Source: a virus. From it: a stretch of 39,745 bases of DNA. Location: IMG/VR virus record IMGVR_UViG_3300031466_000008; one strand, written 5' to 3'. A program made the translations under genes and the position numbers. Below, in pieces: positions 15,652 through 24,490 of the stretch. The stretch's first letter is position 1. Each line of letters starts with the position of its first letter. A model generated the notes under the pieces. That model saw only the letters and a program-made list of their open reading frames with translations, was not told the DNA's origin and ran no database searches.

Positions 15652-17221
15652 GATGCCGCATGATAAGCAGCGAGCATTGGAGCCAATCGAATTTATCCAA
15701 ATGCTCAAGGCCGTCGATGACTTCTACGGCCAACCTTTTAAACTGCTTGACTGGCAATATCAAGTCCTTTGGGACGTTTACGGCACCGTCAAGGACGACG
15801 GTTACAGGCAGTACCGTTACGCATATCTGGAGATCCCGAAAAAGAACGGGAAAACGTCGCTCATCGCTGCGATCGCGCTATACCATCTGGTTTGCGATGG
15901 CCCCGGCGGGCAGATTTATTGCTGCGCGGCGGACCGTGGGCAGGCCGAGCTAGTGTACAAAGCCGCGCTCGGAATGATCGAGCAGGAGCCGGAATTCGAC
16001 GGCGTGCTCAAGGTACTGGACAGCCGGAAGGAGATCAAAAACAAGCACACCGGGACGACGTTGAAAGTCCTTTCGGCCGAAGCATACACCAAACACGGGA
16101 TTAACCCGACCGTGGTAATCTTCGACGAGCTGCACGCACAGCCGAACCGCGATCTGTGGGACGTCATGACGTTCGGGGCCGGTGCAGCCCGTAAAGAGCC
16201 GATCTGGTGGGTCATTACTACGGCCGGCGATGACCCAGACCGAAAGTCAATCGGGTGGGAAATCCACGAACAGGCGACCAAGATCGCGGCGGGAGAACTG
16301 AATGACCCGTACTGGTATGTGAAAATCTACAGTGCGCCCGAGGACGCGGATATCTTTGACGAAGCGACCTGGTATCAGGCGAACCCATCACTGGGGCACA
16401 CGATCAGCATAGAGAGCGTAAGACAAGAGGCGCTAGCTGCTCGCAATAGCGAGTCTGCGGAGCGCCTTTTTCGTTGGCTACGTCTGAACCAGTGGGTATC
16501 GCTCAAGCGCACCGGATGGCTGCCGCTCTCATTATGGGATCAGACGGTTGGCAAGTGGGACCTTTCCGAACTCGTCGGGAAGAAGTGCTATGTCGGCCTC
16601 GACCTCTCCAGCACGACGGATATCACGGCTGCCGTTTATCTGTTCCCGCCGCAGGAAGGGATTCCGGATTGGCGGTTTATTCATGAGGCGTGGATACCCG
16701 AGGATAATATGCGGGAGCGAGTGCAGCGCGACAAAGTTCCCTATGACCGCTGGGTGAACTCGAAACACCTGTACGCAACACCTGGGAATGTCGTCGATTA
16801 TGATTTTGTCGAGGCTCGTCTGGTAGCAGCCAGCAAACAATATGATCTGCGCACGGTAGGCGCCGACCAGTGGAACAGCCGAATGCTCACGCAGCGCCTG
16901 ATGCGGCAGGGCATAGACGTTGTTGAAATTGGTCAGGACATGAAAAACATGTCGCCGGCCATGAAGTTGATCGAGCAGCTATTGAAACGCGGTTTGATGA
17001 CCCATGAGGCGAATCCGGTCGCTCGATGGTGCTGGGGCAACGTCGTGGTTGCGGTGGACGGCAATGAAAACATCAAGCCTATGAAAAACAAATCGAAAGA
17101 CCGCATCGACCTTACCGTTGCGTTAATTGACGCGATGGCAACGGCGATGCTGTTTGAGGAAATCAGCTTGGACGTGAGCGAATTTGCGGATGAAGACTTT
17201 TTGAACAAACTTTGGGGGTGA
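15644..17221 (+). CDS. terL: Terminase large subunit (Terminase_1 family)
   Basis: YAYLEIPKKNGKTSL (Walker A-like), VIFDELH (Walker B). 525 aa. Confidence 0.95.
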   Translation: MVEMPHDKQRALEPIEFIQMLKAVDDFYGQPFKLLDWQYQVLWDVYGTVKDDGYRQYRYAYLEIPKKNGKTSLIAAIALYHLVCDGPGGQIYCCAADRGQAELVYKAALGMIEQEPEFDGVLKVLDSRKEIKNKHTGTTLKVLSAEAYTKHGINPTVVIFDELHAQPNRDLWDVMTFGAGAARKEPIWWVITTAGDDPDRKSIGWEIHEQATKIAAGELNDPYWYVKIYSAPEDADIFDEATWYQANPSLGHTISIESVRQEALAARNSESAERLFRWLRLNQWVSLKRTGWLPLSLWDQTVGKWDLSELVGKKCYVGLDLSSTTDITAAVYLFPPQEGIPDWRFIHEAWIPEDNMRERVQRDKVPYDRWVNSKHLYATPGNVVDYDFVEARLVAASKQYDLRTVGADQWNSRMLTQRLMRQGIDVVEIGQDMKNMSPAMKLIEQLLKRGLMTHEANPVARWCWGNVVVAVDGNENIKPMKNKSKDRIDLTVALIDAMATAMLFEEISLDVSEFADEDFLNKLWG

Positions 17222-17228
17222 GGGGGAC

Positions 17229-17456
17229 GTGGCCATTTCTTCATACTCTCGCGGGCACCTTATTGTTTACATGAATGGCCAGTGGGTTTACCAAGACGAC
17301 CGTTCGCCCGCGGACAGAGAAAGACCGTGTGTAAAATGCGGGCTCCTCCCAACACCGGAAGGGTTTGACGCTTGCATAGGGTACGTGCCTGGTGCAATCA
17401 GCGCTTGTTGCGGCCATGGTGTCGAGAAGGGGTATGTGATTCACGAAAGGCGGTGA
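17229..17456 (+). CDS. Small Cys-rich hypothetical protein
   Basis: GTG after a GGGGTGAGGGGG RBS. CVKCG...ACCGHG. Confidence 0.5.
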   Translation: MAISSYSRGHLIVYMNGQWVYQDDRSPADRERPCVKCGLLPTPEGFDACIGYVPGAISACCGHGVEKGYVIHERR

Positions 17457-17460
17457 GAAT

Positions 17461-18792
17461 TTGGGAATCAGAGACTACGCTAGGCGCTGGCTCGGAATAG
17501 AAGAAAAGCGCGAGACGCTGGAATTGAACAAGGATGACCGACGGCTCGCGGAACTTCTCGGAATCAACCTTGACGGCATCAATGTCCGAGGGAAAGGCGC
17601 TCTCAAGATTGACACGGTTTATGCTTGCATCCGAATCCGTTCGGAGTCTGTTGCCAAACTTCCGTTCAAAGTGTATCAGGAAGATGATTTTGGCGTCCGC
17701 AAGCACAGCAAACATCCCGTTGCGAAACTTCTACGCCTTCGACCGAATCCGTTCATGAGCGCATTTGATTTCTGGAAGGTCACGGAAGTGCAGAACTGTC
17801 TCTACGGGAACGCATTCATAAACATCGAATTCGACCGCAGGACGGGGCAACCTATTGGACTTTGGCCCATCGACGCATCCAAAGTGACGATCTACGTGGA
17901 TGATGATACCGGGTTATCCGGTGTTATGCGACCGCGTTCGAAACTTTGGTATGTCGTCGATCTGGGCTATGAAAAGCGCAAAATCCCGGAAGACGAAATG
18001 CTGCATTTCCGAGGCGGACTGACGCTGAACGGGATCGTTGGCCTGTCGCCCATTGAACAACTCAAACTTTCAGTTGAAAATAATGCCCATGCCAATGAGT
18101 TTGTAAACAAGTTTTTCCGGCAAGGACTCCAGGTCAAAGGATTGGTGCAATATGTTGGTGATTTGAACGAAAAAGCAAAAGAGGAATTCCGGCGTAAATT
18201 TGAGGAAATGTCCAGCGGGCTCAAGAATGCCCATCGGATCGCGCTCATGCCAATCGGGTATAAATTTGAACCGATTTCCTTGAGTTTGCAAGATGCCCAA
18301 TTCCTTGAGAACACGCAACTTACAATCCGTCAAATCGCGGCGGCATTTGGTATCAAAATGCACCAATTGAACGATCTTAGCCGAGCAACGTATCACAACG
18401 TAAGCGAACAACAACGGGAATTCTACACCGATACACTCCAACCGATTCTGACGGCGTATGAACAAGAAATGACATATAAGCTGTTCCTTGATGAAGAAAT
18501 CGAGGACGGCTTTTTTATTCGCGCAAATGCGGATGCAATCTTGCGTGCGGACATCAAATCCAGGTATGAGGCGTACAGAACCGCGATACAATCCGGCTTC
18601 AAGACGCCGAACGAGGTTCGGGCGCTGGAGGAAGATCCACCCTTGCCGGGCGGGGACCAACTCATTGTCAACGGCAATATGGTGCCTCTGACAGACGTTG
18701 GTGCTGCATATCGCTCGAAAGGGGGTGATGGAGATCAACAAGGAGAAGACGATGCCGGAGAAGGAAATTCGAGCGATGCCGACGACAATTGA
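17461..18792 (+). CDS. Portal protein (HK97 family)
   Basis: 443 aa, position after terL, HK97-type portal sequence character (…GNAFINIEFD…, …FYTDTLQPIL…). Confidence 0.9.
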   Translation: MGIRDYARRWLGIEEKRETLELNKDDRRLAELLGINLDGINVRGKGALKIDTVYACIRIRSESVAKLPFKVYQEDDFGVRKHSKHPVAKLLRLRPNPFMSAFDFWKVTEVQNCLYGNAFINIEFDRRTGQPIGLWPIDASKVTIYVDDDTGLSGVMRPRSKLWYVVDLGYEKRKIPEDEMLHFRGGLTLNGIVGLSPIEQLKLSVENNAHANEFVNKFFRQGLQVKGLVQYVGDLNEKAKEEFRRKFEEMSSGLKNAHRIALMPIGYKFEPISLSLQDAQFLENTQLTIRQIAAAFGIKMHQLNDLSRATYHNVSEQQREFYTDTLQPILTAYEQEMTYKLFLDEEIEDGFFIRANADAILRADIKSRYEAYRTAIQSGFKTPNEVRALEEDPPLPGGDQLIVNGNMVPLTDVGAAYRSKGGDGDQQGEDDAGEGNSSDADDN

Positions 18793-19357
18793 GATTCGGG
18801 CCGCCGAAGGCGAAGACGGAAAACGAACCATCACCGGGGCGATCAAGTACAACACCGAGAGCCAAGTCATGCGTGATTTTTGGGGTGATGAATTCGTCGA
18901 GGTCATCGACAAAGAAGCGTTCAAAGACAGCCTCGCCTCGCGCAACGTCGTCGGGTTGTGGAGCCATGACACGTCCCAAGTGCTCGGGAATACGAAGTCC
19001 GGAACGCTAAGGCTCACTAACATGGAAACCGAATTGCGGTTCGAACTCGACATCCCGAACACGAGCGTCGGCAACGATGCTTGGGAACTGATCAAGCGTG
19101 GTGACGTGGATGGCGTGTCGTTCGGTATGCGGGTGTTAAAAGACAGGTGGTCAAGCGAGAAACGCGGGGATGAACGGATCTACAAACGGCAGATTCTCGC
19201 AGCAGAACTGTTCGAGATCAGCCCAGTCGCATTCCCGGCCTACCCTGCGAACGAAGTCAGTGCGCGCGGTTTGGAAGAATTTAAAGCGACCGAGAAACGC
19301 GCTGCCGATCAGTACGAAAAAGAAAAATTGTTCCTTGAACTCGACCTTTACGGTTGA
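18728..19357 (+). CDS. Prohead maturation protease (HK97 / S78 family)
   Basis: IEIRAAEGEDGKRTITG...WSHD...VDGVSFGM. AAGGGGG RBS before ATG 18728. Confidence 0.9.
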   Translation: MEINKEKTMPEKEIRAMPTTIEIRAAEGEDGKRTITGAIKYNTESQVMRDFWGDEFVEVIDKEAFKDSLASRNVVGLWSHDTSQVLGNTKSGTLRLTNMETELRFELDIPNTSVGNDAWELIKRGDVDGVSFGMRVLKDRWSSEKRGDERIYKRQILAAELFEISPVAFPAYPANEVSARGLEEFKATEKRAADQYEKEKLFLELDLYG

Positions 19358-19399
19358 GTTTTTGTTTTTCCCAAAAATCAATAGGAGTGTGAATCCAAA

Positions 19400-20587
19400 G
19401 TGACAAAAGAACTGAGAGCAATGCTCCAAAAATTGGAGCAAGCAAAGCAAGAAGTTCGGTCCCTGCTGGCCGAAGACAGGACAAACGAAGCAAAGGCAAA
19501 AATGGAGGAAGTCCGGGAGCTGCAAGCGAAAGTCGATCTGCAACGCGAACTGGAAGAAACCGAAGCACGCAGCCTCGGCGGTAAGGAACTGGACGATAAC
19601 GGCAACGTCGAAGAGCGCGACATGAAGGAGCTTGAATCGGAGTATCGCAGCATTTTCCTGCGCGGCATTCGACGTCGCCCGATCACGTCTGAACAGCGCT
19701 CGATCATCGCCGAATATGAGCGCCGAGCCGTGATGAATGAGGGTGAAACCAATCCGGCTATCCCGGACGGCGATGTCGGCATGGTCGTACCGCAGGATAT
19801 CCAAACGCAAATCTATACGCTGATGCGCGAATGGAACGACCTGTCGCAGTATGTGACGGTTGAAAACGTCTCTACGCTGTCGGGCTCGCGTGTGCTGGAG
19901 ACTGACGCCGATATGACGCCGTTTGCGGTTGTGGACGAGTATGGACAAATCCAGGAAACCGACAACCCGAAATTCACGACCGTCACGTACAAGGTCAAAA
20001 AGCGTGCCGGATACCTGCCGCTGACGAATGAACTGTTGGCGGACAATGACGCGAACCTGCTCAACTACGTGACGAACTGGATTGCGCGGAAGGCTGTGCA
20101 CACGCGGAACACGCAAATCATTGCACTGCTCCGCACGCTCACGCCGAAGGCGCTGGACGACGTGAAGGCGATCAACAAGGTTCTGAACGTCGATCTGGAC
20201 CCGGCAATCAGCCTTTCCTCGATCATCCTGACGAACCAAGACGGCTTCAACTGGCTGGACAACCAAGTGGACGGTATCGGCCGCCCGATCCTGCAAGAAG
20301 ACATCACCCAGCCCGGCCGCAAGCTGTTCAAGGGCCGTCAGATTGTCGTGGCATCGAACCGCCATCTGCCGACGGTCGACGACAAGGCTCCGTTCTTCAT
20401 CGGCAACCTGAAGCAGTTCATGGTGTTGTTCAATCGCCGGTTCTTCGAGCTCGCTTCCACGCGCGAAGGCGGCGACGCATGGCGTCGTGACACCACGGAG
20501 CTTCGCACCATCATGCGCGACGACTACGTGAAATGGGACGAAGCGGCTGCGGTGTTCGGCGAAGTCGATCTTACTCCTTCGGTGTGA
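19400..20587 (+). CDS. Major capsid protein (HK97 fold) with an N-terminal coiled-coil delta domain
   Basis: 395 aa after the protease. The N-terminal LQKLEQAKQEVRSLLAED...ELQAKVDLQRELEE looks like a scaffold domain. Confidence 0.95.
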   Translation: MTKELRAMLQKLEQAKQEVRSLLAEDRTNEAKAKMEEVRELQAKVDLQRELEETEARSLGGKELDDNGNVEERDMKELESEYRSIFLRGIRRRPITSEQRSIIAEYERRAVMNEGETNPAIPDGDVGMVVPQDIQTQIYTLMREWNDLSQYVTVENVSTLSGSRVLETDADMTPFAVVDEYGQIQETDNPKFTTVTYKVKKRAGYLPLTNELLADNDANLLNYVTNWIARKAVHTRNTQIIALLRTLTPKALDDVKAINKVLNVDLDPAISLSSIILTNQDGFNWLDNQVDGIGRPILQEDITQPGRKLFKGRQIVVASNRHLPTVDDKAPFFIGNLKQFMVLFNRRFFELASTREGGDAWRRDTTELRTIMRDDYVKWDEAAAVFGEVDLTPSV

Positions 20588-20592
20588 TGAGG

Positions 20593-20620
20593 GGCGGGGT
20601 TATCCCGCCTCTCTCCTTTA
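20593..20620 (+). terminator. Weak terminator-like hairpin after the capsid gene
   Basis: GGCGGG-GTTAT-CCCGCC followed by a T/C-rich run. Confidence 0.3.
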
Positions 20621-20636
20621 TGGGAGGTGATCGAGA

Positions 20637-20834
20637 GTGGCGAAGGTGATTCGGGCTTTTCGGGACCGAACACAGAATCTGAAGCGCTATGATGTTGGCG
20701 ATGATTATCCGGAAGACAACAAAGAGCGCGTGGCCTATCTCGTGAAAGAGGGATTCCTTGCAGCGCCGGAGCCCGAAAAGACCAAACCGAAGCGCAAGAA
20801 AGGCGCTGATGTCGATGGCGATCCTGACGCTTGA
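20637..20834 (+). CDS. Hypothetical small protein
   Basis: GGGAGGTG RBS before GTG 20637. Confidence 0.55.
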   Translation: MAKVIRAFRDRTQNLKRYDVGDDYPEDNKERVAYLVKEGFLAAPEPEKTKPKRKKGADVDGDPDA

Positions 20835-21126
20835 GGAAACGAAAACGTGGCTCCGGGTGGATGGTGACGCCGAAGATAGCCTGATCGAGATATTGATCGG
20901 TGCCGCTGAAACCTACCTCCACAACGCGACGGAAGTGCAGTTTGACAGCGAGAATCAGCTTGCAAAACTGTTCTGCCTCGTCCTTTGCGCCGACTGGTAC
21001 GAGAATCGCGATTTGATCGGCCAACAGCCGAGCGACAAGGTGCGGTACACGATACAATCCATCATGGCGCAACTCCAACACGCCTACTCTCTGGCAGAGT
21101 CAGAAGATGGTGGCGGCGATGTCTGA
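20815..21126 (+). CDS. Head-tail connector (gp6-like)
   Basis: LTLEETKTWLRVDGDAEDSLIEILIGAAETYL is the typical N-terminus of this family. Confidence 0.8.
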   Translation: MAILTLEETKTWLRVDGDAEDSLIEILIGAAETYLHNATEVQFDSENQLAKLFCLVLCADWYENRDLIGQQPSDKVRYTIQSIMAQLQHAYSLAESEDGGGDV

Positions 21127-21466
21127 CAAGCTGCTCGTAAATCGTTTGAGACATCGCGTAACCATATGGCGACCGCGCGGACCTGACGATCCTCCACCTC
21201 AGCGCGATGAATATGGCGAGCCAATTAATGAGCCGATCAAGGTTGCTACTGTCTGGGCCGCCATAGAGCCGTTTCGGGGGCGTGAATATCATGCGGCGGG
21301 GGCGAATCAAGTCGAAGTTACCACGCGCATTCGAATCCGATATCGTGACGGTATCGACCGGACGATGATTGTGAGGCACGGGAACACGGAGTTTGAAATC
21401 CTGCACATCATTCGCCCCGAGTTTGGCAAGAAGGAACTCCAACTCATGTGCAAGGAGCGTCAATGA
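21107..21466 (+). CDS. Head closure / head-tail adaptor protein
   Basis: LRHRVTIW...DEYGEP......VWAAIEP..GREY...G......TRIRIRY. Confidence 0.8.
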   Translation: MVAAMSDKLLVNRLRHRVTIWRPRGPDDPPPQRDEYGEPINEPIKVATVWAAIEPFRGREYHAAGANQVEVTTRIRIRYRDGIDRTMIVRHGNTEFEILHIIRPEFGKKELQLMCKERQ

Positions 21467-21930
21467 TGGCGCGCAGGGATACGATTATCGGATTTAACGA
21501 TCTGATGCGTGACTTTGAACGCCTCGGCAAGGTACCGCAAACAGCAGCCACAAGAGGCGCACAAGCAGGCGGCAGAATCGCACTTAGGGCGGCAAAGGCG
21601 CTTGCCCCCGTCGATACCGGAGAACTTCGGGATGGAATTATTCTCAAGGGCGAAAAGAACCGGGTACGCGGGAAAAAGGTCTACGACGTGATGATGGATC
21701 CTGCGAAGAATCACATATTCGTGAAAACGACCAAAGAAGGCAAGCGCTACTATTACCCGGCTTCTCAAGAATATGGCTTTCTAACGGTCGATGGTCAATA
21801 CATCCCCGGTTATGGTTTCTTGCGCCGATCCGTGGATGACAACGCCGAAGCGATAGAGCGAAAAATCCTCGAAGTCGCTGGTAAAGAGGTGGATAAGGCG
21901 CTGCGGAAAGGTCAAACGAAAGGACGGTGA
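21463..21930 (+). CDS. HK97 gp10-family tail-completion protein
   Basis: ATGATG overlap with the previous stop. AKALAPVDTGELRDGI motif. Confidence 0.75.
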   Translation: MMARRDTIIGFNDLMRDFERLGKVPQTAATRGAQAGGRIALRAAKALAPVDTGELRDGIILKGEKNRVRGKKVYDVMMDPAKNHIFVKTTKEGKRYYYPASQEYGFLTVDGQYIPGYGFLRRSVDDNAEAIERKILEVAGKEVDKALRKGQTKGR

Positions 21931-21934
21931 GCGG

Positions 21935-22336
21935 ATGGATTTTGAGCCGGCGTTGGTGCAAGAACTCAACACAATTACGGCGCTGGGCGGTCGAATCTAT
22001 CCGCTCTTCGCGCCGGAAGCGACAAAGCATAACGGTGTGCCGTATCTTGTTTACGCATCCAGCGAAGGGGTGCGGGACAAGACGCTCGGTGGTTATCTTA
22101 AAAGCAAGGAAGTCCGTGGTGAACTGAATATCATTACCGAGCGCTACAGCGATCTCAAGGCGATCACTAAACAGGTGGTCGCCTTACTTATTTCGTTCGA
22201 AGGTCGGCGAATTGGCACGAATGGACCTTTTATTGAGGAAGTCGCCTATCAAATGCCAATGGAATTTTACGAGGCTCAACCAGATCTCCGCCGTTGTTTG
22301 GTGGAGTTTTCGGTTTATTTTGCAGAGGAGGATTGA
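21935..22336 (+). CDS. Tail terminator-like protein (DUF3168-like)
   Basis: GGRIYPLFAPEATKHNGVPYLVY motif, plus synteny. Confidence 0.6.
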   Translation: MDFEPALVQELNTITALGGRIYPLFAPEATKHNGVPYLVYASSEGVRDKTLGGYLKSKEVRGELNIITERYSDLKAITKQVVALLISFEGRRIGTNGPFIEEVAYQMPMEFYEAQPDLRRCLVEFSVYFAEED

Positions 22337-22342
22337 TGCAAA

Positions 22343-22765
22343 GTGACGGTAAAAGCAACGCGATCCATTGGTACGCAGTTTAAAGTCAACGACATTGTAG
22401 TTGGCGATCTGCGCAGCATTGGCTCGCCGAGTATGACGCAGGAGGAGCTTGACGTAACCACGCTGGACAGCGTTGGCGGGTACCGTGAATTTATCGCAGG
22501 CTTTAAAGACCCGGGGGAAGTGAGCCTCACGGGCTTTTTTGTGCCTGACGATGAAGGTCAAGTCGAACTGTACAACGTGTACGACACTGGCGCACTGGCA
22601 AACTTCGTGATTGAATTCCCGGCATCTATGGGTGCTAAGTGGGAATTTCAAGGTTTCGTCACCGCGTACAGCACTCCGGCTGATTCGGAAGAAGCGGTCG
22701 GGTTCGAGGTTACCATTCGCGTGTCTGGCAAGCCGACGCTGACGCTTCCGACGCCTACGCCTTAA
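22343..22765 (+). CDS. Major tail protein
   Basis: 140 aa, ELDVTTLDSVGGYREFIAGFKDPGEVSL motif. Followed by a hairpin and then the chaperone genes. Confidence 0.85.
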   Translation: MTVKATRSIGTQFKVNDIVVGDLRSIGSPSMTQEELDVTTLDSVGGYREFIAGFKDPGEVSLTGFFVPDDEGQVELYNVYDTGALANFVIEFPASMGAKWEFQGFVTAYSTPADSEEAVGFEVTIRVSGKPTLTLPTPTP

Positions 22766-22775
22766 TTATCATATC

Positions 22776-22807
22776 GGCCCGGGGTTGCAAACTCCGGGCC
22801 TTATTAT
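22776..22807 (+). terminator. Terminator / attenuator hairpin after the major tail gene
   Basis: GGCCCGG...CCGGGCC followed by TTATTAT. Confidence 0.55.
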
Positions 22808-22823
22808 GAAAGGAGACTAACTC

Positions 22824-23201
22824 ATGAGTGATGTTGTCGTTCTGAATCTTGACCGCCCGCGTGAACTGCGGTTCGGGCATAAGGCGTTGAAAACACTGAA
22901 ATCCCTGACGGGCATGACACTGCTGGACATTGAAAAACAACTAACGGAAGGTAACCTTGATCCCGATGTCCTTGAAAAAATGGTTTATGCCGGTTTGCAA
23001 CAGGACGCGCGGAACAACGGCGAAAGCCTGACGCTCGAACAGGTGGCCGATCTGCTGGATGAAATACCGGCCTACATCGATATTATCACCGCTGTCGCAC
23101 AAGCGTTTGTGAAGAGTTTCGCGGGCGACAATGCGGGAAACGCGGGGGAGCCGGAAGTTCCGGCGGGGAAAGACGAGAATACGATTTCGACGAAAGTTTA
23201 A
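22824..23201 (+). CDS. Tail assembly chaperone (gpG-like)
   Basis: Position between the major tail and tape measure genes, and acidic composition. Confidence 0.8.
   Translation: MSDVVVLNLDRPRELRFGHKALKTLKSLTGMTLLDIEKQLTEGNLDPDVLEKMVYAGLQQDARNNGESLTLEQVADLLDEIPAYIDIITAVAQAFVKSFAGDNAGNAGEPEVPAGKDENTISTKV
23135..23141 (+). promoter_or_regulatory. Candidate -1 programmed frameshift heptamer G GGA AAC
   Basis: X XXY YYZ in the zero frame of the chaperone gene. The -1 frame is open from 23063 to 23503. Confidence 0.55.
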
Positions 23202-23503
23202 AAGTTGCGTTGCGCTGCGGTCTGAGTATCAGAGACTACGAGTATATGACGCCATACGAGCTTATGCTTGCAGTCGAAGAATACCAGGACCGCATGCGGA
23301 TTGAAAACGAGGCGCGGATCGTACAGGCGTATATGACAGCCGCATGGCAAAGGGCTAAACGAATGCCGAGCCTCAAGAAAGTGTTGCGGGATGTACAGCC
23401 TAAACAGACGAGACAGCAGTCGCCAGAAGAAATGCTGGCTGTAATCATCCAAATGCACAAAGCGCTGGAGAAGGGAGGGGATCGAAATCGCGGTCGTTCG
23501 TAA
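23141..23503 (+). CDS. gpT-like extension of the tail chaperone, expressed as a G-T fusion by a -1 frameshift
   Basis: The -1 frame has no upstream ATG or RBS of its own but reads sensibly (…DFDESLKVALRCGLSIRDYEYMTPYELMLAVEEYQDR…). Confidence 0.65.
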   Translation, partial: RGGAGSSGGERREYDFDESLKVALRCGLSIRDYEYMTPYELMLAVEEYQDRMRIENEARIVQAYMTAAWQRAKRMPSLKKVLRDVQPKQTRQQSPEEMLAVIIQMHKALEKGGDRNRGRS

Positions 23504-23507
23504 TCTG

Positions 23508-24190
23508 ATGGTGCGTGTCGGTGCGGATTTTTCCGAAGCCCGTAGAGGACTTCAAGGTGCAACACGCGAACTGAACCGATTTAAGCGTGACACTGACCGC
23601 ACGGTGCGCGGTATAACCGGCAGAACGGGACTCGGAAAGATTGGCGCAGAATTTACCGATGTGAGCAAATCAATCGTCTCCGCCCTGTCTCAAATCCGGG
23701 GAGCAAAGGGCGTTGGTGGAGTGGCGTCTGCTCTCGGATCGTTACGCCCAGCCCTTTCGAGTGCGGCGGCAGGATTCCTGGGATTAGGTGCGGTGGCTGG
23801 TGGGGCTGCTGCTGCGCTCGGACCGGTTGGCATTGGCCTCGGTGTTTTGACTGCTGCACTTGCTGCGGCAACGGTCGGAATATATCAAGCATCACAAGCT
23901 GCTGTCCAGTACGAGGCCGATCTTGGCCGTTTACAAATGCAGCTGAAAGGCAATACGCGCGAGTTCGTGGATTGGGCGCGGTCTCTGGGACTGGCACGCA
24001 CAACCGCCGTGCAAATGGGGGCAACGTACAGCACGTTGCTCTCGTCGTTTATACGCGACAATGACGAGTTGGCGGAATCCACTAAGCAGCTCTTGCAAAC
24101 GACTCGTGTTGTCGCATCTGCAACTGGTCGGAGCATTGATGACGTAATGGAGCGTATGCGGTCTGGTCTCTTGGGTAATACCGAGGCGAT
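23508..24190 (+). CDS. Tape measure protein, exon 1
   Basis: The TMP-like sequence ends at ...RSGLLGNTEAI. The downstream in-frame stop at 24213-24215 lies inside the intron. Confidence 0.85.
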
Positions 24191-24490
24191 AAATTCTTCT
24201 GTCGCCGCAGCGTAGAAATATGCTGCTAGAAAATCGGGGAAAATCGGTAAAGGCTCAGCACGTCATGGTGGTGCTAATACCGAGGTAACCGGGAACACCA
24301 CCCGGCACCGTAACGCGTAGCGGGTGAGCGTTAAGGGAGCAATAATCCCGCCAAGAGTCCCCGACCCCTAACGTAAAGTCGAGGGTGAAAATGTACGCTG
24401 AACCGGGCTGGAATCGACCGGCAGTAGCCTAATGGCGATGGGGGAAACCCCCGGAAGCAGAAGATAAAAAGCTTCTGCGATAACATAATG
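24191..24490 (+). ncRNA. Group I self-splicing intron (ORF-less, 300 nt)
   Basis: P1 is exon GGCGAT (24185-24190) paired with GTCGCC (24201-24206), with a U.G wobble at the splice site. P10 is TCTTCT (24195-24200) paired with exon 2 AGAAGA (24491-24496). The terminal G is 24490. Removal restores ...NTEAI-EDLGIFVNVSMIEST.... Confidence 0.8.

Noticed and set aside
19151-20365. Long antisense ORFs: 404 aa on the - strand here, plus 18070-19095 (341 aa), 27422-28591 (389 aa), 25895-26779 (294 aa) and others
   Set aside because: They lie opposite confidently identified structural genes. Their composition is Arg/Leu/Pro-rich and low in complexity, and they have no RBS. They are shadow ORFs typical of GC-rich coding DNA.
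24213-24215. TAG at 24213-24215 as the genuine end of a short tape measure protein, with a second TMP-like gene starting at GTG 24510
   Set aside because: The conserved TMP sequence is cut mid-motif (...GNTEAI / EDLGIFVNV...). The upstream extension of the second ORF is in frame and meaningful back to 24491. The P1, P10 and omega-G geometry explains the gap.
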